From Pseudomonadota bacterium (GTDB lineage: Bacteria > Myxococcota_A > UBA796 > UBA9615): a stretch of 64,000 nt of DNA. The notes under the pieces are model-generated. The model had not been told where the DNA came from and made no database searches. It saw only the letters and a program-made list of their open reading frames with translations. A program made the position numbers and the translations under genes. Each line of letters starts with the position of its first letter. Positions within the stretch are counted from its first letter, which is position 1. Shown one piece after another: positions 32,454-47,219 of the stretch. The stretch covers positions 22,419 to 86,418 of the forward strand of contig JAAESI010000117.1 in assembly GCA_024229515.1 (NCBI GenBank), in the 5' to 3' direction.

Positions 32454-33248
32454 CTAGGGAAGGAGGGACTTGAGGGCGCGGACCGGGGCACCGGCGAAGT
32501 ATGGGGCCTTGGCCGCGTGCGACGCGACCCGCCGCCACGCTCCGTCGACCCGCAGATCGACGACGGCTCCCGTGCGGGCGCGCACGACTTCGAACAGATC
32601 CTCGCCTTTGGGCACGGCCAGAGCGACGAGGCCGAGCTCCCGCAGCAGGTGCCCGTCGCTGCCCGCGGTGACCGCGAATCCACGCTCCCGGGCCAGCGCG
32701 GCGGTGCGCTCGTTGCCGCCATCCAGCTCCTCGCCGTTGAGCGCCTCCACCGCGTCGAGGTCCTGCAGCGACTCCAGGATGTGGCCGTGCTTGGTGCGCA
32801 CGCTCATCCAGCCGTTCTTGGCCATGGCGAACGGGTGGGCCGCGGACGTCAGGTGGTCGTAGGGCTGCAGGTCCTGAAGCAGATCCATCGCCGAGCGCCG
32901 CACCGGGGTCAACGCAGAGGCGCCGGCGGGCCGGTAGGGGGCGATGTTGCGGTCCCAGAAGTGGCGCAGATCAGCCTTGCGGCGGAAGTAGATGAGGAGG
33001 TGGATGCGCTCCGCGGTGGTCACCTCGACGCCCGGCACGACCTCGCCGTCATCGGCCTCCAGGGCGCCGCCGATGACGTTGTGATCCGTGATCGCGACGG
33101 TCACCCCGCGCTCCTTGGCGAGGGCGATCGCATCCGCGGTGCGGGCGAGGCCGTCGCTGTGGCGCGTGTGGAAGTGCAGGTCGTACAGATCGTGCGTCGA
33201 GCGCAGGTGCGCGACTTCGCCAACGGTCTTCAGGAGCGGAAGAGGCAC
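32454..33248 (-). CDS. PHP-domain metal-dependent phosphoesterase
   Basis: YDLHFHTRHSDG and AITDHN motifs. Confidence 0.7.
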   Translation of the reverse strand: MPLPLLKTVGEVAHLRSTHDLYDLHFHTRHSDGLARTADAIALAKERGVTVAITDHNVIGGALEADDGEVVPGVEVTTAERIHLLIYFRRKADLRHFWDRNIAPYRPAGASALTPVRRSAMDLLQDLQPYDHLTSAAHPFAMAKNGWMSVRTKHGHILESLQDLDAVEALNGEELDGGNERTAALARERGFAVTAGSDGHLLRELGLVALAVPKGEDLFEVVRARTGAVVDLRVDGAWRRVASHAAKAPYFAGAPVRALKSLLP

Positions 33249-33277
33249 TCCCCTCAGGGTAATACCGATCCGCGAAC

Positions 33278-34944
<1,667 letters not shown>

Positions 34945-34948
<4 letters not shown>

Positions 34949-35457
34949 GCTTCCTCCGGGGCAGCGATCGTCACCAGCGGGGCGCCTCCCGTGACGGCCT
35001 CGCCAGCCGCAACGTGCACCGTCTTGACGACCCCGTCGGCCGCCGCGCGGAGCTCGTTCTCCATCTTCATGGCCTCGACCACGACGATCCCCTGGCCCAG
35101 CTCGACGGCGTCTCCTTCGGCGACCAGCACCGCGACGACCTTGCCGGGCATCGACGTGCTGACGACCTCGTCGCCGCCGGCGGCCCCGCCGAACCCGCCC
35201 AGCGCCTTCGTTCGTTCGTCGAGCACCCCGGCCTCGTAGACCGTGCCGTAGAGCGTCACCGCCTGGCCCGCCTCGGTCGGCTGCACGTCCAGCTCGAACG
35301 CCTCGCCGTCCCGCATCAGGTGCAGCACACCGGACTCCGGGAACGAGGCGTCGACCTCGATCTCGGTGCCGTTGAGGGAGACCGCGTAGCGGCCGTCCCC
35401 GAGGTCACGGACGTCGGCTTCCCAGACGTCCTCTCCGATGGTGATTTCCCAGCCCAT
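34945..35457 (-). CDS. Biotin carboxyl carrier (biotinyl/lipoyl-domain) protein
   Basis: C-terminal biotinylation motif EAMKMENE; start chosen at ATG 35457, sharing one base with the upstream stop. Confidence 0.65.
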
Positions 35458-36977
35458 CAGCTGCGCCCCAACCGCTTGAGGCGGCCCGCCATCGTCCACG
35501 AGCTGCCCGCTCCGGGGCCCCCCGCGGGCTCGACCCGGCGCGCGCGCGCCTGCTCGCTTCGGAACGCCGCGAGGGCCGCCGCGACGGCGGCGATCTCCGC
35601 CTTGGAGCCGTCGTCCAAACGCAGGTCCTTGCCCAGGTGGCGCTCGATGTAGCCGGTGTCGTAGTCGCCCTCGACGAACGGTCCGTGCCGCATGACCTGG
35701 ATGAAGAAGGGGATGTTCGTGCGGATGCCGCTGACGACGAGCTCCGACAGCGCCCGCTTCATGCGCTGGATGGCCGCGGGCCGGTCGCGCCCCCAGACCA
35801 CCAGCTTGGCGAGCATCGGGTCGTAGAAGATCGGAACCTCGTACCCGCCGAACATCGCGCCGTCGACGCGCACCCAGGGTCCTCCGGGGAGCCGCACGCT
35901 GTCGATGCGGCCGGGGCAGGGTACGAAGTTGTTGGCCGGATCCTCGGCGCAGATGCGCACCTCGATGGCGTGGCCGTTCTGGCTCAGCTCGTCCTGCGTG
36001 AACGGAGCCGGCTCACCCGCCGCCACCGCGATCTGGGCATGCACGAGGTCCACGCCGGTGACCAGCTCCGTGATCGGGTGCTCGACCTGCAGCCGGGTGT
36101 TCATCTCCAGGAAGTAGAAGTTGCCGTCGGGCGCCAGCAGGAACTCGACCGTGCCCGCCCCGCGGTAGTCCACGGCCGCGGCCGCCCGCGTCGCCACCTG
36201 GGTCATCGCCGCGCGCGTCTCGGGGGTGAGCACCGGGCAGGGCGTCTCTTCCACCAGCTTCTGGTGCCGTCGCTGGACCGAACAGTCACGCTCGAACAGG
36301 TGCAGGTGGTGCCCGTGGCCGTCGCTGAAGATCTGCACCTCGACGTGCCGCGGCCGGTCGATGCACTTCTCCACGTAGATCCGGTCGTCGCCGAACGCCG
36401 ACCCGGCCTCAGAGCGAGCGCCCCGCAGCGCGGACGCCAGCTGGTCGGGGGACTCGACCCGCCGCATGCCCTTGCCGCCGCCGCCGGCGGACGCCTTGAT
36501 CATGACCGGGTAGCCGATCTCCGCGGCCACGCGGACCGCCTCGTCGTCGTCCGAGAGGGGCTCGGTGGTGCCGGGAACGACCGGGACCCCGGCCGCCAGC
36601 ATCGCCTGCCGGGCCGAAACCTTGTCCCCCATCACCTGCATGGCTGCGGGGGGGGCGCCGATCCAGGCCATGCCCGCCTCGACCACCTTGCCGGCGAAGA
36701 CCGCGTTCTCGGCGAGGAAGCCGTAGCCCGGGTGGATCGCCTCGGCCCCGGCCTCGCGCGCGACCTCCAGGATCCGGTCCATGCGGAGGTACGACTCCGC
36801 CGACGGCGCCGGTCCGATGCAGTACGCCTCGAACGCCTGGCGGACGTGGAGGGCGTCCCGGTCAGCCTCGCTGAAGACGGCGATGGGGATGATGCCGAGC
36901 TCGCGACAAGCGCGAATGACCCGGACCGCGATCTCGCCGCGGTTGGCGATCAGGACCTTGCGAAAAGGGGGTGTCAT
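35457..36977 (-). CDS. Biotin carboxylase subunit of an acyl-CoA/acetyl-CoA carboxylase
   Basis: 506 aa; ATP-grasp biotin carboxylase motifs ([40 protein letters not shown]). Confidence 0.85.
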   Translation of the reverse strand: MTPPFRKVLIANRGEIAVRVIRACRELGIIPIAVFSEADRDALHVRQAFEAYCIGPAPSAESYLRMDRILEVAREAGAEAIHPGYGFLAENAVFAGKVVEAGMAWIGAPPAAMQVMGDKVSARQAMLAAGVPVVPGTTEPLSDDDEAVRVAAEIGYPVMIKASAGGGGKGMRRVESPDQLASALRGARSEAGSAFGDDRIYVEKCIDRPRHVEVQIFSDGHGHHLHLFERDCSVQRRHQKLVEETPCPVLTPETRAAMTQVATRAAAAVDYRGAGTVEFLLAPDGNFYFLEMNTRLQVEHPITELVTGVDLVHAQIAVAAGEPAPFTQDELSQNGHAIEVRICAEDPANNFVPCPGRIDSVRLPGGPWVRVDGAMFGGYEVPIFYDPMLAKLVVWGRDRPAAIQRMKRALSELVVSGIRTNIPFFIQVMRHGPFVEGDYDTGYIERHLGKDLRLDDGSKAEIAAVAAALAAFRSEQARARRVEPAGGPGAGSSWTMAGRLKRLGRS

Positions 36978-37003
36978 CTCGCGCGGGATAATACAGAGGT
37001 AGA

Positions 37004-37300
37004 TTGGGAGCGATGGTCGAACCGTCCGCCAGCACCACGATGGAGATGCTCCTGCTCAGTTGGGACGCACCGATCCACGTTTTGGTCGTCGACGACAACC
37101 CTGCTGACTACGAACTGACGCGCGTCGCAGCTCACGAAGGCGCACGTGATCTCTTCTCCTTCGACTGGGCCGCGGACTACGAGACCGGCCTCGAAGCGAT
37201 GCTCGAAGCCCGGCACGAGGTCTACCTCGTCGATCACCACATCGGCCATCGCTCGGGCGTCGAGTTGATCCGCGAAGCCAGCGTCCAGGCGGCTCGCCGA
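37004..37300 (+). pseudogene. Possible remnant of a response-regulator receiver domain
   Basis: ORF N-terminus IHVLVVDDNPADYELTR...VYLVDHHIG...GVELIREA resembles a receiver N-terminal half, then degenerates into Arg-rich sequence. Confidence 0.25.
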
Positions 37301-37375
37301 CGTGCTCGAGGTCGTGCGCGAGGTGCTCCGGTCTTGAACTGGCGCGGACGCGACGTAGGAGTATCCTCGGGGTCC

Positions 37376-38173
37376 ATGCCGATGCTCCGAACGCTGCTGC
37401 TGTTGACCGTCTTGACCTCGCCCGCGTGGGCCGGGGACGAAGAGCCTATCCCCGAGGTCCCCGTCGTCGAGGCGGAGATGGATCCGGTCGCCCGCCTCGT
37501 GGGTGAGGCCGCGAGCCCGACGATGCCGACGGAGCTCGCCCAGGCCCGGTTCGACGAGATCGTCGCCCGCGGCGCCGGCGCCCTCCCCACGCTTTCGCGC
37601 ATCTACCGGGACAAGTCGTCCGCCGAACTGGAGATCTGGGTCGCCGCCCGAGCCATGGGCCGCATCGGCGGCGACGGCGCCCGCAACACGCTGGTCGGCG
37701 GGCTCGCCTCGCCCCGGATCATCACCCGGCTGGGCGCGGTCTCGGCGCTTGAGCTCATGAAGGACAAGGAGTCCGCGGACGCGCTGGAGAAGGCGCTGTT
37801 CGACCGGGCCATGGCCGTGCGCGCCGCGGCTGCAGACGCCCTCGCCGCCATCGGGAGCCGAAAGAGCAGCGTCGCCCTCAGCGAGGCGCTGAACATCCCC
37901 GCCAACTTCAAGGACGGCAAGTCCCTGTTCGTACGCCGCCACATCGTGGATGCGCTGGGAACCATCGGGAGCATCGGGGGGCTCGAGGCGCTAGTCGGCA
38001 CCCTGGAGGACGAGGAGCCCGACATGCGGCTCGCCGCCGTCCACAGCCTGCAGCAGATCACCGGGATGAACTTCCGGGGCGGCGCGGGCCCGGATGCGCC
38101 CGTCAGCGCCGACGAGGTTCAGAGCTGGCAGAACTGGTGGTCCAACCGCCGCGTGGGCGAGACCGCCGAGTAG
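37376..38173 (+). CDS. Secreted HEAT-repeat (PBS-lyase-like) protein
   Basis: ATG 37376 (MPMLRTLLLLTVLTSPAWA signal peptide); repeated HEAT-like units (AVRAAAADALAAIGS, RRHIVDALGTIGS, MRLAAVHSLQQI). Confidence 0.6.
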   Translation: MPMLRTLLLLTVLTSPAWAGDEEPIPEVPVVEAEMDPVARLVGEAASPTMPTELAQARFDEIVARGAGALPTLSRIYRDKSSAELEIWVAARAMGRIGGDGARNTLVGGLASPRIITRLGAVSALELMKDKESADALEKALFDRAMAVRAAAADALAAIGSRKSSVALSEALNIPANFKDGKSLFVRRHIVDALGTIGSIGGLEALVGTLEDEEPDMRLAAVHSLQQITGMNFRGGAGPDAPVSADEVQSWQNWWSNRRVGETAE

Positions 38174-38179
38174 CCCCCG

Positions 38180-40067
38180 TCAGGGAGTCGGTGGGCCCAG
38201 ATCCATCAGCGAGTCGTGCAGCGAGAGGGAGTCCGACGGCAGCTGGTCGTCGAGCACGCCGCGCACCGCATCGAGCGCGTCCGCCATCCGGAACGGCTTC
38301 GCCAGGAACGCGACCTTCTCGTCCAGCACGCCCGTCGGCGCGATGATGCGCTCCTCGTACCCCGAGATGTACAGCACCCGCAGATCCGGACGGAGCCCGC
38401 GGAGGGTGTCGGCGAGCTCCTGCCCGTTCATCTCCGGCATCATCACGTCGGTGATCAAGAGGTGGAGGGGACCGGCGTAGCCGAGCACCCGGTCCACCGC
38501 CGCGGGCCCACTGGGCGCAACCAGAACCCGATACCCCCGCGCCTCCAGGACGCGCTTGAGGAGGTCCCGGATCACGGCTTCGTCATCCACCACCAGCAGG
38601 GTCTCGGTGGGCTCGACGGGCAGCGGCACCTCCCCCGAACGGACCGAGGAGACCGTGCATCCAGAGGCTGACGGGAGCAGCACCCGCACGACCGTGCCCT
38701 CACCGACGGAGGACCGGATCTCGAGATCACCGGCGCACCGGTCGACGATGTCCTGGACGGTCGCCAACCCCAGGCCCAGGGACGCGGGCGAGGAGTGGTC
38801 GCCTCCGCCGCCGGTGGTGAAGAACGGCTCCGCCGCCTTGGCCAGCGTGCTCGCGTCCATCCCGCGGCCGTTGTCTTCCACTCGCAGTTCCGCAGCAGCG
38901 GAGCCTCGACGGCGCGTCACGACCCGCACGTAGCCGCCCCGTTCGACCGCGTCCCGGCCGTTGGTGACCAGGTTCATGAGGACCTGCTCCAGCTGGGTCG
39001 GATCCACCATCACGGGAGGCAGCCCGGGCTCCAGATCTGCCTGCAGAACCGCGTCCTCCCCAACCAGCTTGTTCAGCAGCGGACTGACCGACTCCACCAG
39101 GATGTTCAGGTCGGTCGGGCGGGGCGCCACGACCTGCTGGCGGCCGAAGCTGCGGAGCTGGTTGGTGAGCCGCGCCGTGAACGCGAGGTCGCGGATCATC
39201 GCGTCCATGTGCCCCTTCGCGGCGGGCACTCCCTCGGTCTCCTCCCGCAGGAGGTCGGCGTGCCCCATCAGCCCGGTCAGCACGTTGCTGAACGTCGTGC
39301 GCGATCCCGCCGGCGAGCCGCCCCAGGAGCGAGACCTTCTGGGCCTGCAGCAAGCTCTGCTCCGCGGCCGTCCGCCGGGAGACGTCCCTCACCGAGGCGA
39401 GGAGGGCGGGCTCGTCGTGCCAGGTCGTGTGCACCGTGCGGATCTCGAGGGGCACGCCGTAGGGCGCCGCCTCGGTCATCCCCGACTCGGTCAGCGTCAC
39501 CGGCAGCCGCCCGCCGACCAGCACCGAGCGGTCCTTCGGCGCCCCGAACAGGCCCGCTCCGGCCTGGTTCACCCAGAGCACCCGGCCCTCTTCACAGAGG
39601 ATGACGAGACCGTCCGCGTTCGCGGCGATCCCCCGGAAGCTCGCCTCGGACTGCCTCAGCTTTGCCGCCTAGTCGTGGAGCACGCCCGTCAGTCGATGCC
39701 GCTCGACCGCGTAGAGCACCGCCTTGACCAGCACCCCCGACCCGATCGCGTCTTATTGCACGTAGTCCTGAGCCCCGGACTGAACCGCCTGGACGGCGAG
39801 TCGGAGATCGTCCACGCCGGTCAGCACGACCACCGGCGGCGGCGCGGGCACGCTCAGGATGTGTTCGAGCCCCACGAGGCCTTCCGAGTCCGGCAGGCCC
39901 AGGTCCAGCACCACCAGGTCGTGATCCTCGAGCCGCTCGAGCGCATCGCCCAGCCGGCCGACCTCGGTCAAGGAGCAATCCACATCATGGGAGGCCAACG
40001 CCTCCAGCAGATGGATCTTCACCAACTCGGCCTGAGCCGGGTCGTCCTCGACCAGCAGAATCCTCAA
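38180..40067 (-). pseudogene. Disrupted hybrid sensor histidine kinase (receiver-PAS-HisKA-HATPase-receiver) with two in-frame stops and one frameshift
   Basis: One reading frame from 40067 gives a receiver (MRILLVEDDP...DYVQ), then TAA at 39755-39753 where Lys is expected, linker, TAG at 39671-39669, PAS-like segment, H-box GGIAHD; a single extra base near 39293 shifts frame into ORF 38180..39283 (FSNVLTGLMGHADLL..., HATPase, C-terminal receiver). Confidence 0.6.
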
Positions 40068-40147
40068 GTGTGCCCTCCCCGACGGTGTCTTCTAGCATGG
40101 CGCCCCTCACCGAAGGGACAAGTGCCCGCGCCCCTCACGGATTGGGC

Positions 40148-40164
40148 GTAGGCAAAAAGCCTAC
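40148..40164. promoter_or_regulatory. Perfect 6-5-6 palindrome GTAGGCAAAAAGCCTAC in a divergent intergenic region
   Basis: Lies between the disrupted kinase (minus) and the LuxR-type regulator (plus, start 40221); candidate operator. Confidence 0.3.
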
Positions 40165-40220
40165 AACTATCACCAACTTGCGCCCAAGCCAGAACGTCCT
40201 CGGAATGCTAGGTTCGCGCG

Positions 40221-41171
40221 GTGGTGCCTCGACTTCTGATCATCGGATCCGCGACCGCCCCCAGCAGTGCGGACGTGGTGCACGCGGCGTCCTCGAGCGA
40301 CGCCCGGCGCGAGCTGGGGAGCACCCCCTACGACGCCCTCGCCCTCTGCCCCGAGGATGACCCCGAGCTGGTCCGGTGGACCCGCATCGCCCAGCCGAGC
40401 GCGGTCCTCCTCGCTCACGGCGCACCTCTGACCCGTGCCGAATTGCTCGCCTGGGGCGTGGACGGCCAGCTCCACGACGAGGCCCTCGAGGCGGTACCGG
40501 CGCTCCGCGCCGAACGTCTGCGGCGAAGCCGCCTGGAGCCCGACGCGCCGATTCGGGTCATGCTCGTCGACGACGACCCCGTCGTCCGTGATTCCCTCGC
40601 CAGCACCCTGCGGCGACGCGAGTTCGAGGTGCAGACGGCCGAGGACGCCGAGGCCGCGCTCGAGATGATGCGGGACTGGCACGCCCATGTGCTGCTGACG
40701 GATCTGAGGATGCCGGGCACCTCGGGCTCCGACCTCCTCGCCTCCGCCGGACGTTGGGATGCCGACCTCGAGCTTGTCGTGCTGACCGGCTTCCCCTCGA
40801 CCGAGGCGGCCGTGGGAACCCTCCGCGAGGGAGCCTCGGAGTTCCTCACCAAGCCAGCCCTCCCCGAAGAGATCGCGGCGGCCGTCAGCCGGGCCGCGGA
40901 ACGCCGCCGTGCTCGGCTGCTCGCCCGGGAGCGCGGACCGCAGCTGGAATCCCCCCAGGGCCTCCGCCCGAGCAAGCCGCTGAGCGCGCGCGAGCAGGAA
41001 GTGCTTCGGTTCGTCGCCTGGGGCTACTCCAGCCGCGAGGCCGCCGAGAAGCTGGGCATCAGCATCAAGACGGTGCAGACCTACCGCGAACGGTTGGGGC
41101 AGAAGCTCGGCAGCACGCGCCGGGCTGACTTCCTGCAGTACGCCATCTCGATCGGGCTGAAGAGCCCGTAG
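40221..41171 (+). CDS. Response regulator with LuxR/FixJ-type HTH and an extra N-terminal receiver-like domain
   Basis: 316 aa; central receiver (IRVMLVDDDPVV...LLTDLRMPGTSG...TKP), C-terminal LuxR HTH; first 110 aa look like a degenerate receiver. Confidence 0.8.
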   Translation: MVPRLLIIGSATAPSSADVVHAASSSDARRELGSTPYDALALCPEDDPELVRWTRIAQPSAVLLAHGAPLTRAELLAWGVDGQLHDEALEAVPALRAERLRRSRLEPDAPIRVMLVDDDPVVRDSLASTLRRREFEVQTAEDAEAALEMMRDWHAHVLLTDLRMPGTSGSDLLASAGRWDADLELVVLTGFPSTEAAVGTLREGASEFLTKPALPEEIAAAVSRAAERRRARLLARERGPQLESPQGLRPSKPLSAREQEVLRFVAWGYSSREAAEKLGISIKTVQTYRERLGQKLGSTRRADFLQYAISIGLKSP

Positions 41172-41174
41172 CCG

Positions 41175-42023
41175 CTAGCTGGGCGAGAGCGGACGTGCGG
41201 TGAACCGCACGAGGCAACGGCCGAGACGAATCTGGTCCCCGTTGCGGAGCCGCACGCTGCTGACGCGGCGGCCGTTGACGAAGCTCCCGTTCGTCGAGTT
41301 CAAGTCCCGCAGGTAGACCTGCGAAGCGTCGAAGACCTCGATGATCGAGTGCCGGCGGCTGACGTCGCTGTCACGCACCACCAGGTCGGTGTTGAGGCGG
41401 CCGATGAGCACCGACTCCTGCGTGTACCGACGGACCGCGCCCTTGTCGGCGCCTTCGAGGATCTCCAGGGTCACCTGCACGGGGGGCGAATCGCCGAGGC
41501 CGGCGACGAGCCCATCAGGCGAGTCGTCCAGCACGGAGTCCGACGCCGGGCCGATGCCGCGATCGTCCGTCTCCGGTGGCAGGGACATGCCCGCGTCCAT
41601 GGCGTCGCGGATCTCTTCGGCCTGCTGCGAGGTGAGGGTGCCGCCGCGCGGAACGTGGGGCAGGGTCAGGTCGCTGTTGTCGCCGCCGGCGAGCAGATCG
41701 GGCGGGCCCGAAGCCTCTTCCGAGGGCGCACCGCTGAGCTGGAATCGGAGGTTGGTCTGGCCGACCCGCAAGGCGGTGCTGTTGCGCAGCCGCGCCTCGA
41801 GCTTCACCTGCTCGTCGACAAACACCCCGTTGGTGGAGCCGAGATCCATGACGTACCAGCCACCTCGCTCGTACGAGATGATGGCGTGGATCGAGCTGAC
41901 TTCCTTGTCGCCGATGATGAGATCACCGACCTGACGTCCGATGACAGTCCTCCCCTGTTCCAGGGGGTAGACCTCGCCAGAACGCTCCCCATCGAGGAAG
42001 ACGAGTTCCGCCCTTGGCTGCAA
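41175..42023 (-). CDS. Tandem FHA-domain protein
   Basis: Two FHA-like modules (TVIGRQ...SSIHAII...DLGSTNGVFV and VLIGRL...VSRRHSIIEV...DLNSTNGSFVNG). Confidence 0.8.
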   Translation of the reverse strand: MQPRAELVFLDGERSGEVYPLEQGRTVIGRQVGDLIIGDKEVSSIHAIISYERGGWYVMDLGSTNGVFVDEQVKLEARLRNSTALRVGQTNLRFQLSGAPSEEASGPPDLLAGGDNSDLTLPHVPRGGTLTSQQAEEIRDAMDAGMSLPPETDDRGIGPASDSVLDDSPDGLVAGLGDSPPVQVTLEILEGADKGAVRRYTQESVLIGRLNTDLVVRDSDVSRRHSIIEVFDASQVYLRDLNSTNGSFVNGRRVSSVRLRNGDQIRLGRCLVRFTARPLSPS

Positions 42024-42076
42024 CTAGAGACCCTCCACGCGAGCGACGAGCCTGAAGACTAGCATAGCGTTCGACG

Positions 42077-43000
42077 TCAGTTTCGCAGCCGGGCCGTCCG
42101 CAGGAGGCGTTCGCACAGCTCGGGGAAGTCCACGCCCACCGCAGCCACCGCCATGGGCAGCAAACTGGTGCCCGTCATTCCCGGAATTGTGTTCACTTCC
42201 AGAACCTTCGGACCGCCGATTCCGCCGCCCATGATGTCGACCCGACAGCTGTCGGTGCAACCCGTCAGGGCCGCCGAAGTCATCGCGATTTCCTGGCAGC
42301 GGGACGCCAGGTCGGGGTCGATGCGGGCAGGCACGTGGTACTCGGTCGCGCCCTTGGTGTACTTCGCCTCGAAGTCGAACCAGCCGTCCACGGGGGCGAT
42401 CTCGACCACCGGAAGGGCCTTGCCCTGGAGCACGCCCACGGTCAGTTCAGGGCCGGGCACGCACTCCTCGACGAGCACGCGATCGTCCAACTCGAGGCCC
42501 GCCTCGATCGCGGCGGCGAGTTCGCTGAGCTCGTGCACGATCGTCACCCCGTAGGAGCTGCCCTCGCGCACCGGTTTGACCACCATCGGCACGTCGAACC
42601 CAGGGGTGGGCGCCGGCTGGCCCGCGGAGACCACGAGCCCCTCCGGCACGGGCACGCCGTTGCCGCGGAGCAGCGCCAGGGTGCAGACCTTGTCCATGGT
42701 GAGGGCGGCGGAGAAGACCGAAGGACCCGCGTAGGGGATCCCCATCGACTCGAGCAGCCCCTGGATGCAGCCGTCCTCGCCCCACTTGCCGTGGAGCACG
42801 GGGAACGCGACGGTCACCGCCTCGGCCCGCAGCTGCTGGTCGATGTCGTAGCCGACGTCGATGTCGACGACGTCGAAGCCGCGGGAGCGCAACGCCTCCG
42901 AGACCGCTTTGCCTGACTTGAAGGAGATGCTCCGCTCGGTGCTGAGCCCGCCCATGAGGACGCCGACGCGTCCAAAACTTCGCTGATCCGCCATGTTCAA
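42077..43000 (-). CDS. ddl: D-alanine--D-alanine ligase
   Basis: 307 aa; ATP-grasp Ddl motifs (RVGVLMGGLSTERSISFKSG, FPVLHGKWGEDG, MVVKPVREGSS, RVDIM). Confidence 0.85.
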   Translation of the reverse strand: MNMADQRSFGRVGVLMGGLSTERSISFKSGKAVSEALRSRGFDVVDIDVGYDIDQQLRAEAVTVAFPVLHGKWGEDGCIQGLLESMGIPYAGPSVFSAALTMDKVCTLALLRGNGVPVPEGLVVSAGQPAPTPGFDVPMVVKPVREGSSYGVTIVHELSELAAAIEAGLELDDRVLVEECVPGPELTVGVLQGKALPVVEIAPVDGWFDFEAKYTKGATEYHVPARIDPDLASRCQEIAMTSAALTGCTDSCRVDIMGGGIGGPKVLEVNTIPGMTGTSLLPMAVAAVGVDFPELCERLLRTARLRN

Positions 43001-43090
43001 CTTCCGCGTGGGGCCCTCTTCGTGAGCGGCCCGGCCCTCCAGGGGCGGGCCGCTTTTCTACCAGACGCGCGTGAGGGGGGATTGATTCCG

Positions 43091-43960
43091 TCAGTCCTTC
43101 GGGCGGGATAGCGCTCCCGGCGGGGGGCCCTCGGCCGCGCTCAAGCGTCCCGCCTCGGCGGGGTCGTCGGGGGCGAGTTCGAGCCCTCCCGCGGCCGCGG
43201 TGATCTGGGACTCCAGGCGCCGGCCGGCGTCGGTGTCGTGCAACGCCTCCGCCGCGATCAGGGCGAGGGCGATCCGGCCCGCCGCCTCCAACTCCTTCAG
43301 CAACTCGGCGCCCCGGTCGGGGGCTGCCACGCAGAGCAATTCGATGGCCCGCCGCTGCACCGCGGGAGCTGCATCGTGGGCGGCTCGATGGAGCCGGTCC
43401 GGAACCTCGGTCGACGGGAACGTCAGGGCCGCCCCGATCGCTTCCAGCCGCTGCGCGAGGACCGCCGCCAGACCCTCGGCCGGGGCCTCCGCCAGCTCGA
43501 TCCAGACCCCGCCGCGATCGATGTTGAGCCCGCTCCACCGAAGGCTGAAGGTGACGAGCGTCGCTCGAGCCTCCGGGCTCAGCGCGGCCAGCACCGCGGC
43601 TTCGTCTCCGCTGGCGACAAAGCGCTCGTCGAACTCGGCGTCCCCGGTGGCGATCGTCTCGGAGGCGAAGAAGCCGTCCATGCGGGGGCGGAGCTTCAGC
43701 GGCCCCCACAGCGCCACGGTCGGCGGCTCCCCCTCGATGCGGACCCGATCCCCCGGCAGGGAGCGGAGGACGACCGACTCGGTGATGGCGCAAGGGGGGT
43801 CGGGCTCGGGAAGCGAGCGTTGGAGGTAGCCGCGAACGGCGGTGACGATGGGGTAGCCGGGGACCCACGCGAGGGCGAGGAGGAAGAGCCACCCGCCGCC
43901 TACCGGCATCGCGCCGCCGAACCGATCAGCGAGACCGATCAGCAGAACAGGGGGCACCAC
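43091..43960 (-). CDS. Hypothetical membrane-anchored protein
   Basis: N-terminal hydrophobic segment, Ala/Leu-rich helical remainder, good GC3; no recognisable family. Confidence 0.4.
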   Translation of the reverse strand: MVPPVLLIGLADRFGGAMPVGGGWLFLLALAWVPGYPIVTAVRGYLQRSLPEPDPPCAITESVVLRSLPGDRVRIEGEPPTVALWGPLKLRPRMDGFFASETIATGDAEFDERFVASGDEAAVLAALSPEARATLVTFSLRWSGLNIDRGGVWIELAEAPAEGLAAVLAQRLEAIGAALTFPSTEVPDRLHRAAHDAAPAVQRRAIELLCVAAPDRGAELLKELEAAGRIALALIAAEALHDTDAGRRLESQITAAAGGLELAPDDPAEAGRLSAAEGPPPGALSRPKD

Positions 43961-44008
43961 CCACCCGCCCAGCAGGAGGACGCAGCTCTCGCTGGGGGTC
44001 TCGCTCAG

Positions 44009-47116
<3,108 letters not shown>

Positions 47117-47219
47117 CGGGGATCTCCGGCCTCGAATCCTAGACGGCCCCCGCGTGCGCGTGAAGGGCTGAATGGGTGCAATAGGGTATCCCCCGGCCAA
47201 TTCGGTCTAGGGTTCGGCC

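Noticed and set aside
35457-35580. Possibility that the biotin carboxylase and carrier ORFs are one frameshifted gene for a fused alpha subunit
   Set aside because: Both ORF ends near the junction are low-complexity in every frame, as expected for a flexible linker, and the one-base stop/start overlap supports two coupled genes; not fully excluded.
36648-36655. G8/C8 homopolymer tracts (for example 36648-36655 in the biotin carboxylase gene, 47925-47931, 20801-20807) considered as phase-variation switches
   Set aside because: Most lie in frame inside intact genes encoding Gly/Pro runs, so tract presence alone is not evidence; only the tracts at 24578-24585 and 24877-24884 coincide with frame anomalies.
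39669-39755. In-frame TAA and TAG in the hybrid kinase considered as stop-codon recoding or read-through
   Set aside because: Two different stop codons plus a separate frameshift in one gene, while neighbouring genes terminate normally at these codons; pseudogenisation or sequence error is simpler.
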